Shown: positions 11,332-23,225 of the stretch, piece by piece | Layout: each line of letters opens with the position of its first letter | Position numbering within the stretch: the first letter of the stretch is position 1 | NCBI RefSeq assembly: GCF_009834535.1 | Contig: NC_045696.1 | Coordinates: 97,218,001 to 97,282,000 of the forward strand | DNA length: 64,000 bases | From: Camelus ferus | Lineage: Eukaryota | Direction of reading: 5' to 3' | The notes under the pieces: model-generated | What the model saw: only the letters and a program-made list of their open reading frames with translations | The model's database searches: none | What the model was told of the DNA's origin: nothing | Position numbers and translations under genes: made by a program

Positions 11332-12023
11332 AGAATTCAAGAAGATTGTCAGGTGCCCGTGGGACAAAAAGTTTCAAGAAACATTTCCCCTAAACAACAT
11401 TTCTCTCATTGAAGTCCAACATGATTTTGAAAGGAGAAACTCCCCACCCCCACCAAAAATTCCATTGCCATAAGTCTCCAAGTGTTTAAAAAATCATTTC
11501 CCCAACAAACCTGCTTCCCCTCCCTGCTTCACTTGTGACCATTCCTGAGCTGAGAAACTCAGGCACTTGTTTCCTAAGCCAAGTTGCAATGGGCTGCAAT
11601 GACTATAACAGCTCATGGCAAAAATGAGGTTATGTTTAGGATGGGCTGAAAGGAAAGGCATTCTGGGTAGGAGGAAGGGCATGGACCACGGCTAGGAGTT
11701 TAGAATATACACATCTTTTTTGGAAAATAGTGATGAGAGTTTCGTGAATGAGTGGAGAGTGTGTGAGCAAAAAGGTGGGAACTAAGATAAAGTGAACCAG
11801 ATAGGTGGGTCTTGCAGATCAGACTGAGGGGTCCTCAGTTTATCTAGGTGATGGGGCCGTTGAATTTTTGAGTAGGAAAAAGACGGGAGGTAATTGGAAT
11901 TTTAGGAAGACTCATCTGAGGGCTGAAAGCAAAAAAATCAGTTTTGCTGCTCATATTCTGGGATGAGAAACCTCTGGATTAAGACAGACACTGTGCGAGA
12001 GCAAAGAGTGACAAATGACTTTC

Positions 12024-12520
12024 CGTATTAAGATTCTCCAGAGGAATAGGACCAGTAAGAGAGTTAGATGATTGAATGGATAGATAGACAGATTTATTAT
12101 AAAAAATTGGCATACATGGTTATGGAGGCTGAGAAGTTCCAAGATCAGCAGGCTGGAGACCCAGGAGAGCAGGTGGGGTGAGTTCCAGTCTGAAGACCAG
12201 TAGGAATCAAGACCCACAGAGAGATGTTTCAGCTAATGTCCAAAGGCAAGAAAAGACCAGTGTCCCAGCTCAGAGGCAGTAAGGCAAGAGGAATCCCCTC
12301 TTACCCTCATGAGGGTTGGTCTTTTGGTTCAGTTTAGATCATTCACTGATTAGGTGTGGCCCACCACATTTGGGCAGGGCAATCTCCTTTACTCAGTCTA
12401 CCCATTCAGATGTTAATCTCATCCAGAAACACTCTCATAGACAGCTTAGAATAGTGTTTGACCATATGTCTGTGCCTCCTGTGGCCCAGTCAAGTTGACA
12501 CATAAAAATTAACCATCATA
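12024..12520 (-). mobile_element. ERVL solo LTR, MLT2B-like
   Basis: 'ttctccagaggaataggacca...ttatggaggctgagaagttccaagatc...ggcccagtcaagttgacacataaaaattaaccatca'. Confidence 0.9.
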
Positions 12521-12769
12521 CTTTGTGAAGGAAAAACAATTTCTTATTTACATTTAGGATATCCACTTGCAAGAAGCATGCCTGCAGGCTTGTCCCACTT
12601 CTGGGAGACACACCCCTTGACCTCTCAGACATAAGCCACACACTCTTCTATTCCACAAGGGCAGTGCCAGTGAAGTTGACCACTGAGCCATCAGGCAGGT
12701 CTCATAGTGGTGGCATCACCCACAGACACAGGCACGTGTGTCCAGACACCTCAGAACATCCCAGTGAGC

Positions 12770-13040
12770 AGGAGTTGTGTCTCCAATTTAAAGATAAGGA
12801 AAACTGAGGCCAGAAATATTTAAATGACTTGCTAAAAGTCTCCCAGCTATTATGTGGCAAAGCTGAGATCAGAAAGGGAAATAATCTCTTGAGCACCTGC
12901 AATGGATTAGGCAGTGGGCCAGCTACTCAGTATAATTTATTGTGGTTAATCCTCATGGTCACCCTGTATGTGATGATTATCCCCATTTTACAGATGAAGA
13001 AACTGAGGCTTAGAAAGATTAGGATCTCACCCAAAGTAGG
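12770..13040 (-). mobile_element. Two MIR fragments
   Basis: 'gataaggaaaactgaggccaga' and 'attatccccattttacagatgaagaaactgaggcttagaaag'. Confidence 0.85.
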
Positions 13041-14319
13041 CAAGGAGACTCAGGATTGCAGTGCCTGTTTGATTCTAAAGCCCTGTGCTGTAGTTCACTG
13101 GTACATGACAAGTCACATGAGAATAGAGGAAAGTTAAAGATGTCCAAGGGCAATGAGCCAACCCAGCCCCAAATGACTGGAGTAAATGAGCCAAGAGATT
13201 ATGATTCACTCTTCAGTGTCTATAAGGGTAAAGCCCTTTCTCCCACTACTCAGCCCTGCAGTTTAGCCCAGACCTGTTGCCTAGCGAGTCTCCTCTTCCA
13301 TCCCACACACAGGCCTGTGATCAAACACTCAGTGCTGTTCAAAACCACAGACGGCTGGACTTTTTTGATCACACCAGAGAAGAACTCAGTGTCAGCAAAT
13401 TGAAAGCAGAAATCCCAACTGTCAGAGATGCTTACACTTTGTACAATGCCTATTCCCTTAAAAGCCAAGCAGCTCTAACTCACCGGCTGTCTGACTAATT
13501 AGCAGAATGTTCTTTGGACAGACAGAGCTCAGAAGCCTCCAACAGAAAAGTGAGATCAGCATTTTGGAATTACTTTTTTCTCCCTTACAGGACAAAAGGT
13601 CTGAATGGAATGCTTTGTGGCCAAGTTCCACCAGAGTCTTAAATACAGTTTCTTCAAGGTGGAGAGATGAGTGGATGAAGAAAAACAATAGAGCTCAAAG
13701 CTCCTCCCCTGAGAATTCTGTTCATCTTTTCTGCTAGTTTCTCTCCTGTGTCACTTTGCAGGGGAGAGACGAGAAACTAAACATCAGTAGGGTTTGTTGG
13801 AACCATATTCTGATTTACATTGAAGTCAGGCATCTGTCCCATCCTCACCTGCATGTACCTAGTTTTCTGGAGGTCCCACTTATGATCCTAGGGTCTTAAA
13901 AACAAAACAAAATAAAACAAACAAACAAACAAAAAACACAGCTAACGTTTGTTTGATGTAAAAATGAATCTAATGGACCATAATGAAAGGTATCCTAGCC
14001 CAGTATATGAAGCTTTCCTATTCGCTCTAGGCCCAGCCATTATCCACACCACAAAAATGTGAACAGAAGGTTCTCTATGACCCCCAAGAAGAAATTTTTT
14101 ATTTTCTCGCTTGGTACCTCTGAATCGGCACTTACATCCACTCAGGCACCAGGAGAAGGCCTCTCTGTGAGGCCAGAGGACATGGAATTGTGTGCCTGAA
14201 GTGGGGGTTGCTATTTGTGCACATTCCTTTCTTTCCAGCTGACTTGCCAGTCCCTGAGGGGAGGCACCAGGCCCTGGGCATCTCAGAGCCCCCACATAGA
14301 ATCCAGTTTATAGCAGGAA

Positions 14320-14790
14320 TCCGATGGACAGGCTAGGAGTTAGAGCCTGAGAGGACAGGTCAGGGAGAAGGCGAGGACGGCAGCAGGGAAGGAGCAGCCA
14401 AATGCGGAGGAACACCGAAAACCCGAGAACGGGCTGCTTCTGCAGTTCCCGTGATAACGCTGACTTGGATCTGATTTTTGCCACCGAGTTCCAGTGGTGC
14501 GGGAACAAAGCCCAAAGCGGTGTCAGGTGGCAGCAGCGGGCAGCCGGGGCCGCAGCCTGTTGGCAGCTAATGAACTGGCCAGCGCGAAAGGAGAGAGGCT
14601 TCAAAGGAAGCAGAGACTGGCGCCCGCCGCGACCTGCCAAGGCCTGATACGCCCGGGAAACAGTGAGTGAAGTTTCAACAATTACCAGAAGTCCTCGGCC
14701 CCTGGGTGGCGGGTGACACTGATCTATGACACAGCCTCTGCGCCCTGGCAGGCTTCGAGAGGGCAGAAGAGACACTTGCGTTTCCACAGG
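14320..14790. promoter_or_regulatory. CpG-rich, GC-rich unique segment (small CpG-island-like candidate regulatory element)
   Basis: Visibly the densest CpG stretch in the window (e.g. 'gcagcgggcagccggggccgcagcc', 'ggcgcccgccgcgacc'); no repeat recognised. Confidence 0.5.
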
Positions 14791-15269
14791 GATTTCCACG
14801 TTTAAGATGGTTTCTCAGCTGCTATTTTGGAAACAGTCTGTCATAACCAAGCTCTGAGCGCTTCTCCACCATGCTGTTCCTTTGTAGTTGACACTCCACA
14901 TTGTCAAAGACACTTTTTTGTTCTCTGCTTCAAGAAGTGACCCATCTGGATATTGCTCCATGTTTGTGGTAATGATGATAAAGCAGAAAGATTATTCAGT
15001 AGGTATGGAAGCAAGAAGCCAGGGTACTGACCTTCATTTTGAAGAGGACCATGTTTGTTGCAAAAACCAGGCAGCAGTTTATAGAATGCTTCATGCTAAG
15101 AGCAGCTCCAGAATGTTCCTATGGGAAGGGCCCGGGGTGCCAGTATGTTTGGAGGCAGAGGAGGAGGCTGGAAACCACATCTGTATGGCACCTGTCACCA
15201 GACTGAGCAAACCTCAGTTGTCCATATCAGAGTGACCTTTAGTCCTAATGACGATCCCCATCTCCCATG

Positions 15270-15500
15270 CTCTCTTCTCCATCCCCTGCCATCCCAGCCG
15301 AAAATCCGGTGCCCATCGTGTCTCTCCTAGACTACCATCAAATCCTCCCACCTCCCTCCTGTCCATCCTGATGCCTGAAGGGACTTTCTTAATGTATGTT
15401 TGAGCGAGTCACTCCCCTTCTGACACAGTTCTCTGCAGTTTCCAATCGGACCCCCTTAGCATGACATCTCCAGGCTTTTATGATGGGACCCCTGTCTAGC
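15270..15500 (+). mobile_element. L2 fragment
   Basis: 'tctctcctagactaccatcaaatcctcc...gtcactccccttctgaca...ccttagcatgacatctccaggctttt'. Confidence 0.55.
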
Positions 15501-16335
15501 ATTCTCAGAAAAATGAAAATAGTTCTTTCCATTGTTGTGGAGGTTAACCATGTACTGAAGGCCTTTGTGAAGGGCTCTGTGATGACGGCCTGCTGAATCC
15601 TCTTCTGCATTTTGCAGCTGCCCCAGATGAGTTCTGTTTCCAGGGTGCGATCTCCACCCAAGAAATAATGACCATCATTTGATTCTGTTCAAGAATGAAC
15701 TCTGTCAGGCTCTTCTCACGGCCAGTCCTACAAGGATGTATGGCTTCACATCAGGGCAGGTCACGTAGGCATTCCTTTCCCGTGTAAATACCTTTACCTT
15801 GGCAGCAGGCAAAGATTTATGAATACCTTTTAGCTTTCTGAAAGCTTTGAAGAACTAAAATAAAAATAGCTAATCTCATTACCAGCACTATTCAGAAGCT
15901 CTTGACTCAAGGACAAACCTATTAAACAACACGAGAAAAAACTTGTCCACGAGGGCCCACTGAGGTCGGGACTGTCAGGCTGTTGATTTGTCCTAAAAGA
16001 TGATTTGTGTTCTTTGTACTTGGCAGCTAGGGCCTGGGGGGGATACTTTCTCTTTGGACTTTGAGACCCATATTGATTTGCTTATTGAAGATGCGTGCAG
16101 GTGATGGCAGGCGAACTCTAACACTGAGGGAGAGACCACACTGGCCTCAGAACATGCTAAGCTGGAAGGGGCCAGTCCTTGGCAAAATGTTCCAGGAGGT
16201 GAGGTTCGTCTCCTGTGCCCCAGCCTCCCATTTGGGGCCCTCCATGACACCTGACCAGGTGACGCGTGGGGACAGGATTGACATCGTAAAGTCAGCAGAC
16301 TTGACTTCAAATCCCTTTAGGTATAGAGCTTAGAG

Positions 16336-16559
16336 CAGAGGTTGTCAAACTGCACGTGGCCTGTGGACCAAATCCGGCCCACCACTTGATTTTGTAAATA
16401 AAGGTTTATTGGAACTTACAGCTCATTTGTTGATGAATTGTCTGTGGCTGCTTTTGTGCTGCAACAATGGAGTTTTGCAGCCACAACAGAGACCAAAGGG
16501 CTCTCAAAGTTAAAACATTTACTATCTGACCCTTCAGAGAAAGAGGTTGTAGACCCCTG
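16336..16559 (+). mobile_element. MER58A-like hAT-Charlie element inserted into a MIR
   Basis: Termini CAGAGGTTGTCAAAC...GTAGACCCCTG, internal 'ccaaatccggccc...tttgtaaataaaggtttattggaac'; 8-bp TSD GC(T/C)TAGAG at 16328-16335 and 16560-16567. Confidence 0.9.
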
Positions 16560-16639
16560 GCCTAGAGCAAGTGACTTAACTTCAGTTTCTTTATCTGTAG
16601 AATGCCAATAATGACACTATTCCAAAAGTTTTTATGGTA

Positions 16640-17612
16640 ATGCTAACAGGTGTTAAATAAAAATAAACACGTATATTTGGAAAACAAGGATGTGTTTCTT
16701 TATTGCAGGCCTTCTCAGAGCCTTTAAGAAGTGGGTAAGAGAATCTGGCATGCATTTCCCAAATCAGCTTAACCTTGGAGCCCTGTTGTCATGGAGCAAT
16801 CTACAAGAGTTGCCTTGATGATGGGGTTCATGTACCTCAGGGGCACATGAATTTTTCCAAGAGACACAGGTAGTTTAAAAGGACTCAGTTTCCAGATTTC
16901 ATTCATATGTGCTCTTTCATAAAACTAATCCACCTGAGAATAACTGCCGTCCCAATACCGTGGCCTTGTCCCCCCTTTTTAAGAGATGCTGGCTTCTCAT
17001 TCACCCCAAATCTTATCATGGGGCCTTGCCCTGGGGTCCAAGTACCCTGAATTGCCTGCTCCTTTAATATTAAATCATGAAACTAGTAGGGTCCTCTGTC
17101 TCATCCAGACTTTTTTGTTTAATCCTGAAGCTTTGAATTAAACGTGATGTTCAGTTCATGCCGAGACGCCCTGAATTCAGAATAGCTGAAGTCATACAGC
17201 TTCATGATACATATTCTTTAGCCTGTAACTGGAATGTTTTCTGAGACCACCAAATGTTTTGAGATACATCAAAGAAAGCTCTTAGGTAAAAATTTCACAT
17301 CATTGCTTTCAGATTTGATACTCTCCATGCAATAAGCCAGTCAGAATTTATTTTATCAAGTCTTATTATGAAAAATGTATGCCAATTGTGATTAAGCCTC
17401 ACCTGATTTCATGCTATCAAATGTGTAATATTTTCTACTCTTATTAATTTAAAAAAATCTTTAAAGTTACAGTGAATAGTTTTCTTAATGTTAAACAGGT
17501 ACAAAAGTGTACGTAATTATTCAAAATTTTCTTAGTAAGTAGGTGAGCAAAAAAGTTTAGAGACCTATCTCCTGCAGGACTAGCTTTCTCAGCACTCTCT
17601 TTGGGAAACACT
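16640..17612. mobile_element. Nested old hAT-Charlie-like elements (MER103-like shell, second element ~16810-17570)
   Basis: 'ttattgcaggccttctcagagcctttaa...catttcccaaa', end 'ctttgggaaacact'; internal end 'gagcaaaaaagtttagagacc'. Confidence 0.5.
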
Positions 17613-18579
17613 ACATGTATATGAAGGGTCCATCAAGAGACCCAACTTGCAGCAACTCCTCAATAGTTATCAGTTCTCTCCTCCTGGTCTCCTTCCACAT
17701 TCATGCTCTCTCCCCTCTCCAGAAGTCCAAACTTGCCCTCCGGAAAGGGTCTGAGGAGTTAGTTCATATTAAGAGATGATCAATATCATTTAGGGCACAT
17801 GCTCACAAGTCACTCAGCACTTGCATTTTAATATTGGAGACAATGCGAGAAACAGAAGAGAAGTAGCGGTACTGGGGAGCTTCCCTTGCTCTGTGACGTC
17901 AGGCCACTGAAAGGGACTGCCTATCTGTGCAGCTTTCCTCTGCAGGTGACTTTTTCCTGGGATGAGTGAGTGAACCCCAACTAAAGAGTGCTTTGGAAGA
18001 GCAGCCTCAGCACATGGTGCTGGCCCCTGGGGAGTGGGAGGGTGAGGCTGTAGGGTGGATCCCGGACCCAGGAGCACAGTTCTTCCAGGAAGATCACACT
18101 GGGGGGCCTTCTACCAGGAACACTTCTGCGCCTTCTCCTGCCACCACCCACGCTCAGCCAGCTTGTGGTATTTGGGGCTGTCTTACTTTCTCAGAACTTA
18201 GAGAGCAATCTGGAAGGGCCAATTTTGTGAGTTTTTTCCTACCTCATAGACGAATTCAACAAAACATTTAGCAGAGTGCAAGAAATCCTGACCCACCTCC
18301 CACCCTTTTAGGAAAGCCCAAAAAGCAAATCAAATACAAAGTGATGGCATTCTCACCATTCACCTTCTGAACATCGTTACTGGCCTTGTACAGTCTGTGT
18401 TCCGTTTTTGGTAGAGGATCCCACCCTGGGGGACTGCTCTCAAGTAATATTCAAAATCACCATCCCTTGAGATTCCAGGAGGATTTGTTTCCTTTCAGAC
18501 CTGATTCCTGAAATTAGAGGCATTTACAGAGCATTATAACTCCTCCTGTAGGCTTTGTTCCCTTCACCCATCCATAATG

Positions 18580-18629
18580 CATCAATTAAGACTATATTGA
18601 AAAATAAAAACAGAATATCTCATTCAAAG

Positions 18630-18667
<38 letters not shown>

Positions 18668-19000
18668 GGTGTATTTGTTCATATATCTGAAGTTCAGAGG
18701 TAACTGGTGTTTCAGGTCAGGTTTGATCCAGCAGCTCAGACAATGCCATTAAAGTCAGCACTCCTGCCCTGCCACACATAGGCTCCACATGACATGGGCC
18801 TGCAGCCCACCTGGCCCCACATCCTCTACCCCATGGCTACAGTAGCTGTAGGTCTCACATATTCACACTCCACGCCCAGGAATAAAATATCTTACCAAAT
18901 TGGAAAGGAAAAATTTTCTTTCCCTGAAACCCTAGCAAGTATCTTATTTCTTACAGTCTCAGGTTGGGTTTTGTGTCCACGAACCAATCACAGGATTAAG
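18580..19000 (-). mobile_element. Old MaLR LTR (MLT1K/L-like)
   Basis: 'ttcaggtcaggtttgatccagcagctcagacaatgccat'; related to 32965-33480. Confidence 0.6.
18633..18667. repeat. (TAA)n microsatellite
   Basis: Directly visible, about 11 units. Confidence 0.95.
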
Positions 19001-21699
19001 TCAACCAAGACTCACCCCGACTCAAACCATAGATATACCCAGTTCTTTCCCCACAGTGAGACCATCTTCTTGCTAAATATGACCAGCCTGGTCATGAGTG
19101 CTATTCTGGCTGGCCTTCTGAACTCTTGTCCTTAGCCTTGCCATGACCTTTAAAGTGGATCCCCTCCTTTGTGCCCCCTGACACATACCCAGGCTTCTAA
19201 ATTTCTATCTCTTCTGGACCTAATCTAGGTCACTGACCCCAGACTAGCGCCTCAATTGCCTGCCCCACTGGACCGGAACTTAGTTTTGAGGTGAACGTCT
19301 TTCTAGTTTTTTCTTCTTACTTCTTCTAAAGAGCTTTTCTCTGTAACACAGCGTCAGAGCCAGCCATCTGTAGTGCAGTGAGGGAGAGTGGTAAGGTGAG
19401 GAATGGGTTCACAGCCTCAGTTACGTTGATAACTCAGCATAAACATAAACCATCCCAGTCTGTTCCAGACCATCCCCCACTTTAGCCATCTCGCTTCCAG
19501 CTCCAGCCCTTGATGAAGGGAAACACTGGTGAGGAACATTATCTCTGCTCTTCCACTAAGGGTATCTCCATCAAGTCAGCTTTTGCATTCCTCTCTAGGA
19601 AGCCCCTGCAGAGATGAGCTGTAACCAGGACAGGATGGCAATAAGCCCTTGAAAGTATGGCAAAGACCTGTTTTCCTGTTCAAGTTTACCGGAGGTGCAT
19701 GCAGACTCCCTTCCTTCTTTGTAGGCATCTGGGTTCATGAGCCTCTGCATGCCCCTTTTGGGGCCCACTGCCCATCCCTGTGTGGTGCACCCTAGCCTGG
19801 GCACCATCTCACCCAGACTTCACTCCTTGGCCACATCAGAGATCAGCCTGACATGCCCACAGCTAAGGCCTCCTCTGACCCTTAGTAACGGCTCAGGAAA
19901 CCCTGGCAACAGCTCCCTGTGTTTGTGCTACCTCTGTGAGCCGCATGACTGATCCTTCACCCAAGGTGCAGGTGCTCTCTGTACCCACCTGAAAATCTGC
20001 ACATGCTCCCTAGCTCCGTTGCTGGAAAATCTTGGTTAGCATACCTGAGTCCTTTCCTATCAGAGTCCCATGTCTACCCCTTGACTTTGAAGCATGGGCA
20101 GCCTCCCCCGGCACAGTGGTACCCCAGGATTCTGGAAGATGAAATCCCTAAACCAGCCTCCTTTCTATTTTAATCCTAAAATCTCTCCTCTTAGATGAAC
20201 CTCCAGTCCCTTTCAGTATATCCTGCTTTCTTTCCATGCCTCTTCATTTGTTTTTCCTCCTAAAAGCCACAACAGGTCATTAAAATTTCACACTCTACTC
20301 TCTTCTCCCATATTCCCATCCTGAAGTTGCTGAAGAAAAATGTACCACTTCTCTTATCTCATGTTTAATGTGCAAGTAGTATTCTTTCCTCTCATCATTA
20401 ACATATTTAAAAATCCAGCTTTATGTTTTCACTGCACCTCATTGCTCTGTGGTGCCCCCGCAGTCTACAGAGTATAAGGCCAGCTTGTGATCTGCCACCT
20501 TCTGCTTTGCACAAAAGATGATCGAGACTTTAGAAAGGCCTAAAAATTAATTTTCCTTCCTTTGCATTGAGTCCTCAGGTACCCTTGTTACATATCTGTG
20601 TTGCTATAGGTAAGCATCAAGCAGGGATTTGCCAAAGGAGATATTTGGATACAAATAAATATAGCGGACACGACCCATTCTGAAGCTCCTCCAGTCATGG
20701 ACGTGGGCTCTTGCAAAATAGACCTCTAGGTTGGGGAAGAGACTCTTAGTACAGGGCACTTACGGAGACAGGCTAGCAGGAAGGGATGGTGTAAAGGACC
20801 ATGGAGTCGAGGTGGGAGAGGAAAGAGAATGGGTGTAAGGCAGGGAGCCCGTGGGGGATGCTGGCTGCCCACCAGGGCAGGGGTGGGGCAGTCATGAATG
20901 TGCCTGGCAGTCTGCGCTGGATGCCTGTGACCACAGCCAGGTCACGGAGGCAGCTGATTCGATCCGAGTCACCACTCCTGAACCTTCTCCCCTTGGTGCT
21001 CTCAGGGTGGACTGGACACATCCTTGAATCGAACAACTGTTTTGATCCTCCTCAGAGTCCGACCTCCCTTCACTATTAAGGGCCAGGATATGAGAATCAA
21101 GGCTGAAAAGAGTCAGAAAAGCCTGCCAGCCCAAAGTGATGTCCTGTTATCTCTCAACCTGTCATTGGACATTTACACAACTCTCCACATTCACAGCTTG
21201 GGGGGCTGAGGGCACTCAGCGATTAGCAGTCAGAGCAGGGAACAAGACTAGGGCTGTAGGTCCTGTTTGCAGTTTTTCTGAAGATCCTGATTCATAGTCT
21301 GAGTGAAGCAGCCCCACCCCCATTTCCTGGAGGCGGAGGCTCCTGCACAGTTGCAGGGCTGGACCCTGGGTATCAGCTCCTCCGCGCCAGTCAGCCCTGA
21401 GTCAGCCGCTCTCCTCTCAACGGAAACGATTTCTCCTTTTCTCTCAGGAGCCCAGCAGACACAACAAACAAATCAAGACCTAAACAAACGAGAATGCCAA
21501 AGCTTACTTGAACATGCAAAGATCAATGCGATTATAAACATCGCTGTACTTTCAATGGACTGCTTCATTATTAATGTGAAATTCAAACCCGTTCTGAGCT
21601 CTCACAATCTGTAATCGCATTGACTGATATGGCCCTGATATTGAACCCTTGGGAACAGATATAATAAATAAGGCATGTCACAAGTATGCTTACCTTAGA

Positions 21700-21920
21700 T
21701 TTGATGACTTTCAAGTCAGACAAGCATGGGTTTGAATGATGATTTGCCACTTGTTTGAGCCACTTAAATTCTGAGTCTCAGCTTTTGCATCCGTTAAACA
21801 AGGATAATTACTCCTCCCACCTACGGTCTTTGTGAAGAGTAAATGTAATAAGATTTGAAAAAGGCCTAACGTAACATTTGAAAATATACCACATCCTCAA
21901 TAAATCGTAGCTATTATTTA
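21700..21920 (+). mobile_element. MIR
   Basis: 'agtcagacaagcatgggtttgaat...tctgagtctcagcttttgcatccgttaaac...ctcaataaatcgtagctattatt'. Confidence 0.8.
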
Positions 21921-22009
21921 TGCTACATTAAGTAAAAGTTGCAGCATAATGTAGTCAGGAGATCCTGATAAATAGAGTGGCTCTTAGAAAGCTCTTATTT
22001 CGTTTTTGC

Positions 22010-23075
22010 AGTCAGCAGTGTCCATCGAGCACCTACGCTGTGCCGGACAACACTCTAGAAGCAGGAACAACAAGGGTAAGACCCCAGCTCTCCTGGGGGT
22101 TACCTGAGAATGGCAGAGAGACAACAACAACAAAAAGAAATAATTAATAAAGAAGATAATTTCAGATATTCATGTGCCGGAGACACAATTCAACAGTGTG
22201 ATACAATAAACAGATTGTGATGGGTTATCAGGGAATAATTAGGGAATAAAGATCACAGCTGAGGTGACATTCAAGCAAAGGAGGAGACACAGGAATGAGT
22301 ATATGAGGGGAAAGACAGAGGAAGTGATACAGGAAAGATGTGGGGCGAGAGAGGATGGCCATGTCCCAGGTCCCAGGCAAGTCCCTGGCATGTGCCCTAC
22401 CAAGTGAGGGTCCTTGGCTTCGTGCAGGAAAGAACTCAAGGGTGAGCCATAGCTGAGTGAAAGTAGATTTATTCAGAGAGATGCACAGCCATAGACCCAG
22501 TGAGAGCCACTTCAGAAGGCGAGAGAACGGCCAAGGCCCAGGAGATGCACCCTCCTAGGCAGAATGCGGGCCATCTGACACAGAAGGGAGAGCGGTGGCC
22601 TCAGGGCATGGGGTCAGCTGGGAAAAGTGAGATCGGCCACGAGGTGTGGGGGTTGTTAGTTTTTATGCGCTCAGTAACGTCATATGCTAACAAGTGGGAG
22701 GATTATTCCAACTACTTTTGGGAAGGGGCTGGGATTCCCAGGAACTGGGCTGTCACCTACTTTTTGACCTTTTATGGTCAGCCTTGAAACTGTCATGGCA
22801 CCAGTGGGAGGGCCATTTAGGATGCTTTTGTATTTCAGTGAGCATATATTGAAGCTCAAGGTCTACTGGGAGTTGGATTTTCCACCTTTTTGGTGCTAAC
22901 TGCTGTGACATTCTTTCCATGCTTGTGCCCTGCCCCCCTCCCTCCTGTCTCGGAAGTAGCAAGTGCATCTGAAATGGGATCAAGCCCAGCCTGGTAGAAG
23001 AGAACGGAGACGGTTTTTCCTAAAGTGTAATGAGGGAGGAGAGCAGTGAAAGATGAAGTTGGAGGGCCAGGCAGG
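22010..23075 (-). mobile_element. L2 split by the ERV1 LTR below
   Basis: 'gagcacctacgctgtgccggac...gaggtgacattcaagcaaag'; resumes 'tagcaagtgc' after the LTR. Confidence 0.7.
22325..22952 (-). mobile_element. ERV1 (MER4-group-like) solo LTR
   Basis: TG...CG (decayed CA) ends with 4-bp TSD GAAG (22321-22324, 22953-22956); 'ttggcttcgtgcaggaaagaactcaagggtgagcc', minus-strand AATAAA ('tttatt'); internal ~60-bp tandem duplication starting 'gagatgcac'. Confidence 0.85.
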
Positions 23076-23225
23076 GTTCCTATCTCAGCTCTGCCACCAG
23101 CAAGCTGTTATGCCTTGGATAAAGCTCTTGAGCTCTCAGAGCCTCAGTTTTGCCACCTGTAAAATGGGGGTGGAGCTCATGGGTGGACCATGACATTGTT
23201 AAGGTCCTTTCAACTCTATGATTTA
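23076..23225 (+). mobile_element. MIR/MIR3
   Basis: 'ctctcagagcctcagttttgccacctgtaaaatggg...taaggtcctttcaactcta'. Confidence 0.8.

Noticed and set aside
14308..14799. 163-aa minus-strand ORF over the CpG-rich segment
   Set aside because: GC-rich sequence is depleted of stop codons; GTG start and no recognisable domain.
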